DNA of 60,992 nucleotides, filler included, from Malassezia furfur (taxonomy: Eukaryota): assembly GCA_052055015.1 (NCBI GenBank). It is 4 parts of 4 records of this genome, joined end to end, with 100 filler letters (N's around TTAATTAATTAA, not from the genome) between each part and the next. Parts side by side here need not be neighbours in the genome. Positions count along the whole stretch, not along the records: positions 30,846 to 45,876 come from JBQJIT010000277.1; 3 more parts are not named here. One strand, given 5' to 3'. Numbering within the stretch: the first letter of the stretch is position 1; every line of letters starts with the position of its first letter. Positions 35,474 to 45,976 of the stretch are shown piece after piece. Below the pieces are notes generated by a model, which saw only the letters and a list, made by a program, of their open reading frames with translations, was not told where the DNA came from and made no database searches. A program made the translations under genes and the position numbers.

Positions 35474-36075
35474 TTAGATGCCGCCCTGAGACACCTCGGT
35501 TGTCGACAGTGTCGCGAGACGGTCGATCCCATTGCCTTCGAGGCGCATACCGCGCCACTCTTCAAGCATTTGGGCGCCCAAGGTTTCCTTGTAAAAGGCA
35601 ATGGACGGTCTAGGTTAGTTTGAGTACGTACTCGTTCCACGTCAGCACGTTCCATTCAATGCGCGGGCATCCCTCTTTCTTGGCAATCTCGCCCAGGTGC
35701 CGGAAAAGCCGCTTGCCCAGCCCATGGTTCCGGTACTCTTTCAGTATAAACAAGTCTTCCAAGAATAGGGTCGGGCGCGACGTCCACGTCGAATACGCGT
35801 AATAGTACAACGCAAAGCCCACAGGCTTGTTGGGCATGGGATCATGCACAGCCTCCGCAATTAGGACGTGGGCGTAGGGGCGATTAAAAAGAGTCTCTTC
35901 AAGCTAGGTAAACATGCAGAGCACGTACAGTCTCCTCGGTTGCCTGAACTTGGTCCAGTGCATTCTCGTAGGTGGCCAATTCGCGGATCTGTACTAGTTA
36001 GGTTTCACCGAGAAAACATACAAATCCAAGGATCGTTGGAATATCCTTCCGTTCGGCGGGGCGCACAATCGTCAT
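35474..36075 (-). CDS. GNAT acetyltransferase, SSAT/Ats1-like, 4 exons
   Basis: MTIVRPAERKDIPTILGF|IRELATYE..|..YSTW..LFLEDLFI..RNHGLGK..RIEWNVLTWNE|PSIAFY. Introns 36021-35989, 35928-35904, 35631-35610. Confidence 0.93.
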
Positions 36076-36494
36076 CAACGGCTCGCTCATTGTCGAAGAA
36101 AGTGATGCTAAATTGAGCTGGTGCGGGGAGACAAGCAGCGTATGAGTCAGCTATTTTGTAATTGTGCCTTCGCCGCTCGGTCCTCGTGGAAGCACCTGGA
36201 ATCCGTTGCTACGGTTGCGTTGGATGACTCACAGATGCAGGATGGACACTAGACTGGCGGTCTAGGATCTTGTCACAACAATAGCGGCGGACTAGCGAGG
36301 TTTAAGCAGTAATACAGCAACATTGTTTCCTTGCCGCGTTCTCAAAATGCCGTAGGACTACAATAGCTGGCAGGTCTACATAAGTCCATACTATCTGTGC
36401 CTTGTTGATACACTGGACTGTATGTTTTGATTATATGATTAAAGGTGTAGGGTGAGTCGATGTGACAGCTGCACGTTTTGGAAAAGTCCCACGT

Positions 36495-36819
36495 TCATCT
36501 TGTGCCGATGGCTTCAAGGCCCTCTAGGCTCGTCACACTGTTCCCACGGACGACCTGTGCAAGATGTGGTTGCACCACAAATGTTAGCAAATGTCCCATT
36601 GATTTTAGATGTACGCACCACTGTCCCGCACCGGGGCCCTTCTTCCCAGATATTTTTGTTGTTGTCCACAAGAATTTGTTCGACTGTGTCGTCAATTACC
36701 AGGTTCAGGAACAAGTCATAGCCGCGAAGAACGCCGTGCACCTTCCGACCGCCCTGGATATTGACAGCGACGCGCCGTTCAAGGAAGCGCTTGAGTTCTG
36801 GCTGGGAGACCCTAGACAT
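36495..36819 (-). CDS. SMX2: Sm protein G, 2 exons
   Basis: QPELKRFLE..GGRKVHGVLRGYDLFLNLVIDD..GTV|VVRGNSV. 64-nt intron 36618-36555. Confidence 0.95.
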
Positions 36820-36936
36820 GGTAGCGCGTCGGTGTCGCTGAGAAAAGCGGGGAATTATGCGTAGGAAATAAGAGGTGGTTGTCACGGACCCCGGCGGGGC
36901 GACTGGGGAAGATACACAATTCGATCTTGCTGGGAC

Positions 36937-38256
36937 ATGGTCGAGCTCGACTCTCCTGTGGAAGCCGGGTCAACCAGCCCGACTCCCTCACAGTCGCATG
37001 TCACGTATCCACCACGCAATGAAGGACATGTTGTTTTTGATATGAACGACACGTCTGTCGAAGAGCCTACGCCCAGTCAATACCACACATCGTCGTTCCT
37101 AGATGGCGTTCGCCACAAAGTGGCCAGGTTTGGGCGATTAACGGGTATGCACTTCCCCGGAATATCCTATTCTGCGCTACGAAATGAACATGATGGCATG
37201 TCCGTCTCGCGGTCCGGTCGGCGCATTGGCGGCGGCATCAACCAGGATGGTGTATTTTCCAACATGAACGCCAAACCGGATGGGCCAAGGCGGGCGTCCG
37301 ATGACCCCAATGATCGCGGCGATGATGATGATCTGGCAGACGATACACTGCCTCCTACATACGAGGCAGCTGCAGCCGATACAGCCCCGACATACTGGGA
37401 GAGCACCGTGTTTAGCGGCAATCCACTTGCTGACAACGAGGGAGGGTGGACCCCCGACAGTATTCATGTCGGCGAGCCAGCAGATTTGATTGAAAACGGG
37501 ATGCTTCTAGGCAGTATCTTTGGTTTCGTGTGGAACATGTTTGTGAGCGGCTCGTTCCAATTCGTTGGGTTCATCTTGACCTTTTTACTGCACACGACAC
37601 ATGCTGCCAAGCTGGGCAGCCGCGCAGGACTGGGCATTACACTCGCCCAATACTCTGCTGTGCTTCTCTCCCGTCTGGCTGATGCACAGGAAACCTTCTC
37701 TCATCCAGACAAAGATATGCACAAGTCTCATCGACACGTCCCATCCGCGGAAGAGTTTCGTCACGCGCGCACTCTTTGCTACATCATGTTTGGGTTTGGG
37801 TGTTTTCTATTTTTCCAAAGCGTGCTGAAATACATCCTAATGTACCGGAAAGCCAAGAGTCTGGTTGCTGAGGCCCGACGCAACGACCCCGCCACGCCTG
37901 GTCAGCAAGCTACGGAGCCGTCAAGTGCGCATCCCACTGGGTTCCTCCATTCAATTACGAGTGTCAATCCCATGACCTCTATGGTTGGCTTTGCTGGACG
38001 CTTGCGCGAAACATTCTTCTCAGATTTTGGCATGGTCCATCCTGCGATGATGCGATCTGCCGAGGACTTTATTATTCGCCCAGGCCGAGGTATGGAACCC
38101 AACATCGTCTCGGTACCCGCAGAAGATGCCTTCGCTGTGCATTTGACGAATATTATGCCTGGTATGCAACGTGGACGGGGCCTGTCGGACCCATTCCCCG
38201 ACTACATGCATCCCACTTCGGTGGACGACCTTGAATCTGGGGCACATAGGCACTAG
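36937..38256 (+). CDS. BSD2: Bsd2 / NDFIP-like Rsp5 adaptor
   Basis: DGVFSNMNAKP, PY motif LPPTYEAAAADTAPTYW, FVWNMFVS.SFQFVGFILTFLLHTTHAAKLGSRAGLG. Confidence 0.9.
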   Translation: MVELDSPVEAGSTSPTPSQSHVTYPPRNEGHVVFDMNDTSVEEPTPSQYHTSSFLDGVRHKVARFGRLTGMHFPGISYSALRNEHDGMSVSRSGRRIGGGINQDGVFSNMNAKPDGPRRASDDPNDRGDDDDLADDTLPPTYEAAAADTAPTYWESTVFSGNPLADNEGGWTPDSIHVGEPADLIENGMLLGSIFGFVWNMFVSGSFQFVGFILTFLLHTTHAAKLGSRAGLGITLAQYSAVLLSRLADAQETFSHPDKDMHKSHRHVPSAEEFRHARTLCYIMFGFGCFLFFQSVLKYILMYRKAKSLVAEARRNDPATPGQQATEPSSAHPTGFLHSITSVNPMTSMVGFAGRLRETFFSDFGMVHPAMMRSAEDFIIRPGRGMEPNIVSVPAEDAFAVHLTNIMPGMQRGRGLSDPFPDYMHPTSVDDLESGAHRH

Positions 38257-38347
38257 CCCTTTCCATACCCTGTCTATGTACATATAAGACATATGTTTAA
38301 CGAATGTTTGCTAAAACTACTGTACAGGTGCGCGATCGGCGCTCTGT

Positions 38348-39001
38348 TTATTGTCGCGCACAAATCCACCGCATGAGCACGTCAATCTGGGCATGGTCAA
38401 AACAGCTTATGCTAAAACAATGCACTTCGCGATCGCAAAGAGTCGTTAAATTTCTTCGTTAGAGTGGGAGCGTACAGGGTGTCGATGACCTCTCGGACAC
38501 TGGCATGACCTGGGAGGTCGCTCTTGGTTGCCAACACAAGAAGTGGCAGACCCGCGAGTGGGGGTTGCTGAAGCAGCGTATGAAGCTCCTCTGCAGCAAT
38601 AAGCCATGAGCTAGTATCACGTTGGTTTGTGCCCTCGATTCCATCCGGGGGCCCTTCCTTAGTTTTCGGCTTGTCCATCGGCAAAGGTACGCTAGAGTCC
38701 ACGGCAAAGATGATTGTAGAAACACCAGTGCAATAACGCTCCCACATGGAACGGAAACGCGGCTGACCTCTGAGTTTAGTCGAGACACGTACGCAAGGTC
38801 CCACAGTCTGATGTGCGCATTACCGAAGCGTACCTGGCGTAGGTGATACCCAACTGTCGGCGAGACGTGCTCGGGAACGTGACCGGACGCCAGAACGCTG
38901 GCCAACGTCGTCTTTCCCGCCCCCGGCAGCCCTATAATGCATACATCCAGTTTTTTTGTATAAAAGAAGGTCTGGAGCCATCGAAGTAACGGTTCCAACA
39001 T
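38348..39001 (-). CDS. ARL8: Arf-like GTPase Arl8 (divergent), 3 exons
   Basis: GLPGAGKT, PTVG, WDLA|GQPRFRSMWERYC, REVHCFSISC. Introns 38792-38770 and 38475-38454. Confidence 0.9.
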
Positions 39002-39133
39002 TGCGAAAGATGCCCTGCTAGCGAGCAGGGCTTGTCAATAGGAAGAATGCGGGGTTGCGCGAATAAAACCGTGTGACATCGGCCGAAGCACACGATCGCC
39101 GTGGGGATCTGTTGGAGTGGTTTAGAGTCCTGC

Positions 39134-39672
39134 ATGTCGGTCAACACGAATGAAGACGATGAACTGCGGTTTCCCAACCTACCACCCAAGCCACGGCTTC
39201 CAGACCCTCCCACTGGAATGAATGGCTCCGCCGTTTCTTACGAATCGCTACGAGACATCTTCGAAGCGTTCGAAGCGCGTGAAGAGGCGCTTCAAATGCG
39301 CATAGCTGCGCTGTCGTTTGAACCCAAGCAAAGCCTGGAAGCGCTAGAAGCAATAAAGAGGGAACACAAGAGTTTCAACCGCTATAGCTCCGCGGAAAAA
39401 AACGCCAATTCTGTGGATGCCGACGATGTGGATCCCATCTTGGGCGTACGGTTGCTACAGCGTCTTGATCTCCTCCAAAGCGAAAATGAGGACCTTGGTG
39501 CACGCATCGAAGAGCTCATGCAGTCCACGCTTTTGAAACAGGTGGAAGAGCAGGCCGCAGAGATCGAGGGTACGTCTGCATGGCGCACTTACCCACAGAT
39601 TCGCACCGAATGATTGCTGCGCTCGACGCTGCACTGACTGAGGCAAAGCGTGCCCACCCTCGTGTTGCCTGA
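39134..39672 (+). CDS. Coiled-coil protein, WTAP/Mum2-like, 2 exons
   Basis: DPILGVRLLQRLDLLQSENEDLG resembles the WTAP/Mum2 core (G..L..+...L..EN.ELG). 29-nt intron 39570-39598. Confidence 0.55.
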
Positions 39673-39823
39673 CCTGTACATACACACCTCGCTAGCCTCG
39701 CCAGCCCGGAGACTAATGCATCTACGTTCTAGGCTCGGAGAATTACCTCCGGCCGAACCGTGGTCCTACTGTGCCTACTCCACATCGTCGTTGTGGCGGG
39801 ACAAGGGCATCCTCAGCGGGGCA

Positions 39824-41248
39824 ATGGAGTTTGTTGGCCTGCGACAGGCGGTTGCCTGTCTCCCATTACGAACAGGGTACACTGTATATGCCCGAGGTCA
39901 AATGTACACCCCCATGTCATATCGCGGCCATTGGTATACATCGAAATCAGGATTTGCAGCGTCCTTACCGAATGACGAGCTCCGCCCTGCGGGCTCGTCG
40001 AAGGACGATGCATCCCTGGATAGCCCCTTCTACCCAGACATCTCCTCGTTTATGGGCAGCCTTGAAATGGACGCAGCTGCTCCTACGATGGAAAGCTTGC
40101 ACAATGCCGAGGTGGAAATGGAACTGCGGGAGACGTCGGACGTCTGGCGCGAGACGATACAACTCGCAGGACAGGGCGATGAATCTGTTCCTCATACGCG
40201 CGCTCATGCGTTCTCTTCTATTGCAACCAGTGTGTTTCATGCGGCGTCAGCACTGCAAGGCGATACAGAAGATGCGGTATTACGCGCCGCAGCCTCTGAG
40301 TCCGTGAACTCTCATGGATCGTCCTCAATGCCTTCGACCGGGGAAAATGATACCATCACTTCTTTGCATGGTCCATTCTGGCAACAAATGCGGAGATTTT
40401 CGTACGCACATCGGTCACGCTTGGGTTATCAAGCAACATCGGCAGCGCATGGCCGACGAACATTTATGTCCTCGCCCTCTGCAAGGGCCATGCCTGCCGG
40501 CCCCTACGAATTGCTGAATGTATCCAAATCTGCGTCGGCAAAAGAGATCAAGGCGAGCTATTACGATATGGTCAAGGCATTACACCCTGACCGTGCACAG
40601 GCGCAACCAGCCACCGAAAAAGAAAAGGAAATGCGCCTCGAGAAATTCCGCGCAGTAGTCAAAGCTTACGAGCTACTTAAAGATCCCAAGACGCGCTCTA
40701 TGTACGACCGGTATGGTATGGGGTGGGATACGTCGCCGGCTGGTGCATCTGGGCGTTCGGCACGGAACCCTTGGGCACCGCAAAACCGGCCTTCGACTCC
40801 TGCAGAATGGGAACACTGGTATATGTGGTCTGAAGTTCTACGCCGCGCCCCACGGGGCCACCGAGCTTCGTGGCAATACGCGGCGGCCGATGAATACACC
40901 TCCAACCGTTTTTATGGACACCCTAACATGTCCAAAGAGGAGGCTGAGCAACGACAACGCGAAAACATGCCCCTTAATCAGCAAATCTTTGCCGCGATCT
41001 TTACGGTGACGTGGATTGTGGCCATCTTCCAGCTGCAGCGCCTAAACAACATTGGCATGGAGCATGTGGAGGCAGCCAATCGGCACTCCGCGGAGGCTGC
41101 AAAGAACCTCGAGATGGCGCGCCAAAATGCACGGAGTGTCGAGGGACAACTCCGGCAGCGTGCCCTCATGGAACGCGTACGGCAGGCTAAACAAGCACGA
41201 GAGCGAAGCTCAATCGAGGCGCTCCCTGCACCCACACCCATACAGTAA
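39824..41248 (+). CDS. J-domain protein with C-terminal TM (Jid1-like, probably mitochondrial); start uncertain
   Basis: PYELLNV..EIKASYYDMVKALHPD..FRAVVKAYELLKDP..YD; TM IFAAIFTVTWIVAIF. Confidence 0.85.
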   Translation: MEFVGLRQAVACLPLRTGYTVYARGQMYTPMSYRGHWYTSKSGFAASLPNDELRPAGSSKDDASLDSPFYPDISSFMGSLEMDAAAPTMESLHNAEVEMELRETSDVWRETIQLAGQGDESVPHTRAHAFSSIATSVFHAASALQGDTEDAVLRAAASESVNSHGSSSMPSTGENDTITSLHGPFWQQMRRFSYAHRSRLGYQATSAAHGRRTFMSSPSARAMPAGPYELLNVSKSASAKEIKASYYDMVKALHPDRAQAQPATEKEKEMRLEKFRAVVKAYELLKDPKTRSMYDRYGMGWDTSPAGASGRSARNPWAPQNRPSTPAEWEHWYMWSEVLRRAPRGHRASWQYAAADEYTSNRFYGHPNMSKEEAEQRQRENMPLNQQIFAAIFTVTWIVAIFQLQRLNNIGMEHVEAANRHSAEAAKNLEMARQNARSVEGQLRQRALMERVRQAKQARERSSIEALPAPTPIQ

Positions 41249-41312
41249 ATGAAACAACAATGTAATGGATTTAACGATTAACAGGATATAAGAAGTCGTG
41301 CACTAAACACAT

Positions 41313-42236
41313 TTAGTCCTGGCCGACGGTGGCCGGGCAGTGGCCGAGGTTGGCACCAATCTGGGTGTGGAAGTAGTGGCCCTGGTGGTCATCGAAGCTG
41401 AGCCACTCGGGGGTGATGCTGTTGAAACCGTGCACGTTCTCCTGGCCGGGGTAGTGCTTGTAGTGAGTCGAGTTGGCCGGGTTGATCCAGATGTAGTTCG
41501 AGGGGTGCTGGAAGCCGAACTCACGCGGGGGGACGTGGGGCACCCAGTCGCGACCGTTCACAGCCCAGTGAAGGCGCTTGCCAAAGCTCTTGTCCACAAA
41601 GTCAGCAAAGACCTGGTTGCCCGTGCGGGGAAGACCGAAGAGGTAGATGTTGTGCACACCCTGCTTGATGCGGTAGTTGAAGTCCACCGACGAGATCAGA
41701 GCCATCGAAGCACCAAGCGAGTGACCAATGATAGTGAGGCGGTCCTCGTTGTACTTCTTCATGAACTCCTGGACCTTGGGGAAGACCTTGTCGACAATCT
41801 CAACGTAGGCGTTCTGGAAGCCAAAAGCAACCTTGGCATCCTGCGGCGCACCCGCGCGGTAGCGCCAGTCAAGCGGCACGGCGGGGAAGTTGACGTCGTG
41901 CAGGGCGGAAACGAGCGACTTGGAGTTGGTGCCCTGGTAGGCCACGGCGATACCGAGCTGGTCCAAGTGGTAGATGAGGGCGCGCTGGATGAAGAAGCCG
42001 TCGCCGGTGTGCCAGAGCAGCTTAGCGCCGCCAACGTGCATGCCGTCGTTCGTGACGGACGACGGGCAGTACGTCTGCTGGGTGAGACCAGCAGCCAGCG
42101 ACATGAGGGGCATGTCGCTGTGCACATCGTAGGGCTGCAGGGCAGACGACTTGGGGTATTGAATCAGGTCCGCGCTGACGCTGGGCACAGCGACGGCGGC
42201 CAGGAGGGCGCAAACGAGAGTACGGAGGCCAAGCAT
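41313..42236 (-). CDS. Secreted class-3 lipase, Malassezia SMG1/LIP1 (mono/diacylglycerol lipase) family
   Basis: Signal peptide, SLAAGLTQQTYC, GTN, IGHSLGA, FGLPRTGN, NGRDWVP, GQENVHG, FDDHQG.YFHTQIGA..CPA.VG. Confidence 0.95.
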   Translation of the reverse strand: MLGLRTLVCALLAAVAVPSVSADLIQYPKSSALQPYDVHSDMPLMSLAAGLTQQTYCPSSVTNDGMHVGGAKLLWHTGDGFFIQRALIYHLDQLGIAVAYQGTNSKSLVSALHDVNFPAVPLDWRYRAGAPQDAKVAFGFQNAYVEIVDKVFPKVQEFMKKYNEDRLTIIGHSLGASMALISSVDFNYRIKQGVHNIYLFGLPRTGNQVFADFVDKSFGKRLHWAVNGRDWVPHVPPREFGFQHPSNYIWINPANSTHYKHYPGQENVHGFNSITPEWLSFDDHQGHYFHTQIGANLGHCPATVGQD

Positions 42237-42439
42237 CGGAGGTGGGTAAGGTGCAAACGAGGTGGGGGGAGCATTATTTAAATGTTACGGACTCCGCAAC
42301 AGCTTGTAATCCAGGAGTCAAATCCGCGGATCCGTGTGACATCTTCGCATTCAATGCACAAAAATGATGTTTGCATGATGCAGGTTCTGGTGGATTTGTT
42401 TTTGTGATTGGCTTACTAACAGTCTTTACATGTTCAGCT

Positions 42440-43781
42440 TCAAGTGCGAAGCGAGCAAAACAGGAATCGGCCGAGCCGGTAATACCCATATGCGAGGAGA
42501 CAGGCGAATGGGATAAGGAGAAAGCGCTTCGCTTCATGAAGTGCAGAAGGGGGGGTTAAGGACAATTGCAAAAAGACGTCACTGTTGCTGCGCCTGTTTT
42601 GACTGCGTGCATGCTTTTCTCCGTGCACCAAGTCTCCGTCGCGGTAATACCGGGCAATCATCGCGTCCTTTTTAGACCACCGCGCAATAAGCCAATCCTC
42701 GAACGCCTGCTTGTCCGCAGCATTCATTTCTTCGTCCGGCTGCAAAGCAGATACCAGTGGAGGGCCTGAGGTAAGGGGGCTTGTCAGGGGCTGTTGGTCC
42801 GTCGTGAGAGGGACGAAGTCGCAGTGGATATGAACCTCTGGTGGAGAGATACCGGCGAACAGCTGGGACGCTGAGTGAGACGCGTCGGAACGTACCAATA
42901 GAGTAGTAGTCGTAAGCATGTGCACCCGGCTTGACTCCTTGGTATGCAATCGTGAAATCCTGTGGTCAGCTTGCCACGTACCAGGAGATAGGGGTTCCCA
43001 ATTTCGCTTTGAAGGGTCTTGATGCAAAAGTACAGTCCAGTAGTGTGTGGAAGCAGCACATTTTGAAGCACAGGTTTGCGGTGAGTGTGTGCGTACGACT
43101 GGCTTTTCTGGATGGTATTCTGGGACATGTTAGTGCCCTCGGGGTAGAGGAGAAGGGCCATCTTCGAGGGCCCTGTCGCAAGGATGGCGTCCAGTGTCTC
43201 CCGCATCCTGATTTGGTCCTGTTTCCACTGCCGGGACAGAAAAATGAAGTGAAATAGCTCCATGAAGTAGCCCAACGCGGGGATTTTCCGAAGCGAATCT
43301 TTCAGGATAATGTAGAAGCTTCCTTCGAGGTGGGCATAGATGGAAAGGACCCTGTCGTTAGAAATGTATGTACGTACCACATGTACACCCAGTCAGTGTA
43401 AATTTGGTGGTTCCCAATCCAAATTCCTGCCGCTGGAAAGCGGAGACCTACGACTCGTCCGTCTGCGTCGCGTTCCGCAAACCGATTCGCGTCCACGACG
43501 TTTCCGTCGAGGTCGCCAAACGAGAGAATCAGTTGTGACGGTGCAAACAACGAGAACATATGTGCGAGCAAAAGGCTGAACAAGAATTTGCAAGCGCGCA
43601 AGAGGCTCTGGAATGCGACGGGGCTCACCAGTTGCGCAGGCATGGCGAGAACAATCAAGACCATCTCGCAGAGCATTGTGGGTGCCAGGAACAAGAATAT
43701 GAGCACAATGCGAAGAGCCGCCTTCACTTTGCTTGGCGGATCCCGCTTCGCGATCGGCACCATGTATGGTTCCTGGACCAT
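42440..43781 (-). CDS. Lysophospholipid acyltransferase (Cst26/LCLAT1-like), 4 exons
   Basis: NHQIYTDW, IILKDSL, FIFLSRQW, YPEGT, VLLPHTTG, DFTIAY, WLIARWSKKD. Introns 43377-43352, 42981-42960, 42895-42871. Confidence 0.92.
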
Positions 43782-43969
43782 GTTGGTGTCTGTGCTCCAC
43801 GAACCCGTGACATAAGCGCGCCCGGGCCCATCTGGGGCAAGGCTGCGCCTCTCCGCATGCCCGCGCTGAGTCAGCGGAACGTGCCGCGTATGGCCGTACC
43901 GCGCAAAAGTACCGAGATCCGTGGGGTTGCGGTGCGTTTGTCCCACCTCGACTTGCGCTGTCCGCGAGA

Positions 43970-45876
43970 ATGTCGGAGCCAATTCCGGTGAAACCTGTGC
44001 AGCCGCTGCCTGGCCACTATGGTATGTAGAGGAGACTGACCGGCTAGGCAACCTTACGGCTGAGCAGAAATCCAAAGTGGCCCAGATGTGGGAGCTGTTC
44101 TTCAGCGTGATCGAGAACCCGGAGAAAGCGAAGAGCGGGCATGTTGCAGCGCAAGCAGAGCACGGTGAGGACCACACGCATGGGTATTCGCAGGAAGACA
44201 AAGACAAGGCGAAGAAGGCGCAGCAAGAGGAGCAAGAGGCGCTCCAGGCGCTCTTCAAGATCCATGGTGTGGATGAGTTCTACAACCAGTTTTGGTTTTT
44301 GTGTGGCCCGGATGTGCCGGACATGGTTATGCTCAAATTTCTGCGTGCGCGCAAGGTGCGTGTGTGTGGCTAACCGCAGTGGAATGTGCACCGTGCGTTT
44401 GCCATGCTGGCGCAGTGCATCAAATGGCGCATCGAGACCGACGTGATCGGCCTTTTGCGCCAGGGCGACGAGGGCTTGATTGAGGTGGACGAGAAGTACG
44501 CATTGCAGCTCGAGGCGGAGAAGGCGTACGGAGTTGGTGCCACTGACGACTTGATGCCGATCATCTACATCGACGTGAAGCGACACATGGCCAAGCAGCA
44601 AGGCGCCGAGACCATGACGCGCTTCGTGATTGCCTCGGCAGAGTCTTTCCGGAGTCTGATGACTCACCCGAGCGACAAAATTGTAATCATCTTTGATGTG
44701 ACGGGCTTCGGCATGAAGAACCTCGACTGGCACACGCTCAACACCATTCTCAAGATCCTCGAGGCATACTACCCCGAAACGTTGCGCAAGCTGTACATCC
44801 ACAACGCCCCCTGGATCTTCCAAGGGATTTGGAAGGTGGTGCGCCCGATGCTCGATCCTGTGGTGCGCGAAAAGATCGTGTTTAGCTCGCGCGCCTCCGA
44901 CATTGACCTTGTCCCCGCGAACCGGCTCATGACGAGTCTGGGTGGGACACTGACCGGTGGGCCTAAGTACATTAAGCCGAAGCCCAACGAGAGCCGCGCG
45001 CGGCCCGTCGGCGACCCCGAGCGCGAGCGTGTGTGGAGCAAGTTTATGGGGGAGGTGAAGGCCTACGAAAAAACCACGCGCGCATGGAGCGAGAGCGACG
45101 GACAAGACGAGGCGCTGGCAAAGGAGCGCGACTTTGAGTCCAAGTGCATGCGTCTTGCATGGATGGAGGTTGACCCACTGGTGCGCGGCCTGAACAACTA
45201 CCACCGCGCCGGCATCATCACGCCCGAGTTCACGCTGCACTGGGAATACAAGCAGAAGGATGGCAAAGTGCTAACGCACGATCTCGGCAAGGACCGCAGC
45301 AAGTCGGCGCTGCAGAAGGAGATTGCCGCGAATGGCGGTATGCGTGGTTCCGGCGATGGCGCACAGGACACATCGGCGCGCAAGGAGCGCTACGGGTCCA
45401 CCGACGACAACGACGCGTCGGGCCGCGACGCGGCTGCGGCAGGCGGTACAGCAGCGGGCATGGCCGGCGTCGGTGCCGCGGGTGCCGGCGCGGCGTCGCA
45501 GTCGCGCAACGCTCGCACCAACGAACCCACGCAGGACTGGCAGCACGGTGAGCAAGCATACAGCGCTCCCGTTGAGCAGCAGCCTGACACCCACCAGACA
45601 GACCCGTACAGCACTGATCCCTACTCGCACAGTGCGTACGAGCCAGGTGCCTACAGCTCTGACGCGCAATACACCTACGCGCAAACCTCGGGTGTGCACC
45701 CAAGCTACGTCGACCCGCAGGCGTATGGCCGGACGGAGGCGGGCAGCCACGCACAGAGCAGTGGTGCATCGCACGCACACCCAGTCACCGACACGGCCAT
45801 GGGCGCCGGTGCCGGTGTCGCGGTGCCGGCGCGGCGTCGCAGTCGCGCAACGCTCGCACCAACGAACCCACGCAGG
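43970..45876 (+). CDS. Csr1/Sfh-like CRAL-TRIO phosphatidylinositol transfer protein with repetitive tail (3' truncated)
   Basis: PGHY|GNLTAEQ, PDMVMLKFLRARK|WNV, EAYYPETL..IHNAPWIF, LDPVVREKI. Introns 44022-44047 and 44356-44379. Confidence 0.92.
45481..45876 (+). repeat. Direct repeat: 55-nt identical copies at 45481-45535 and 45822-45876
   Basis: GGTGCCGGCGCGGCGTCGCAGTCGCGCAACGCTCGCACCAACGAACCCACGCAGG occurs twice. The second copy runs into the contig end. Confidence 0.95.
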
Positions 45877-45976
45877 NNNNNNNNNNNNNNNNNNNNNNNN
45901 NNNNNNNNNNNNNNNNNNNNTTAATTAATTAANNNNNNNNNNNNNNNNNNNNNNNNNNNNNNNNNNNNNNNNNNNN
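45877..45976. other. Artificial contig linker
   Basis: N44 + TTAATTAATTAA + N44. Confidence 0.98.

Noticed and set aside
36076..36494. snoRNA, tRNA or small gene in the AT-richer gap
   Set aside because: No paired C/D boxes, cloverleaf or coherent spliced ORF found by eye. An Rfam scan would be needed to exclude one.
15324..45976. TTAATTAATTAA palindrome recurring about every 15 kb inside N runs
   Set aside because: The identical N44-12mer-N44 cassette has stops in all frames and truncates genes (SMC2, NUP170, PRP8, Csr1-like, AN1). It is an assembly linker, not biology.
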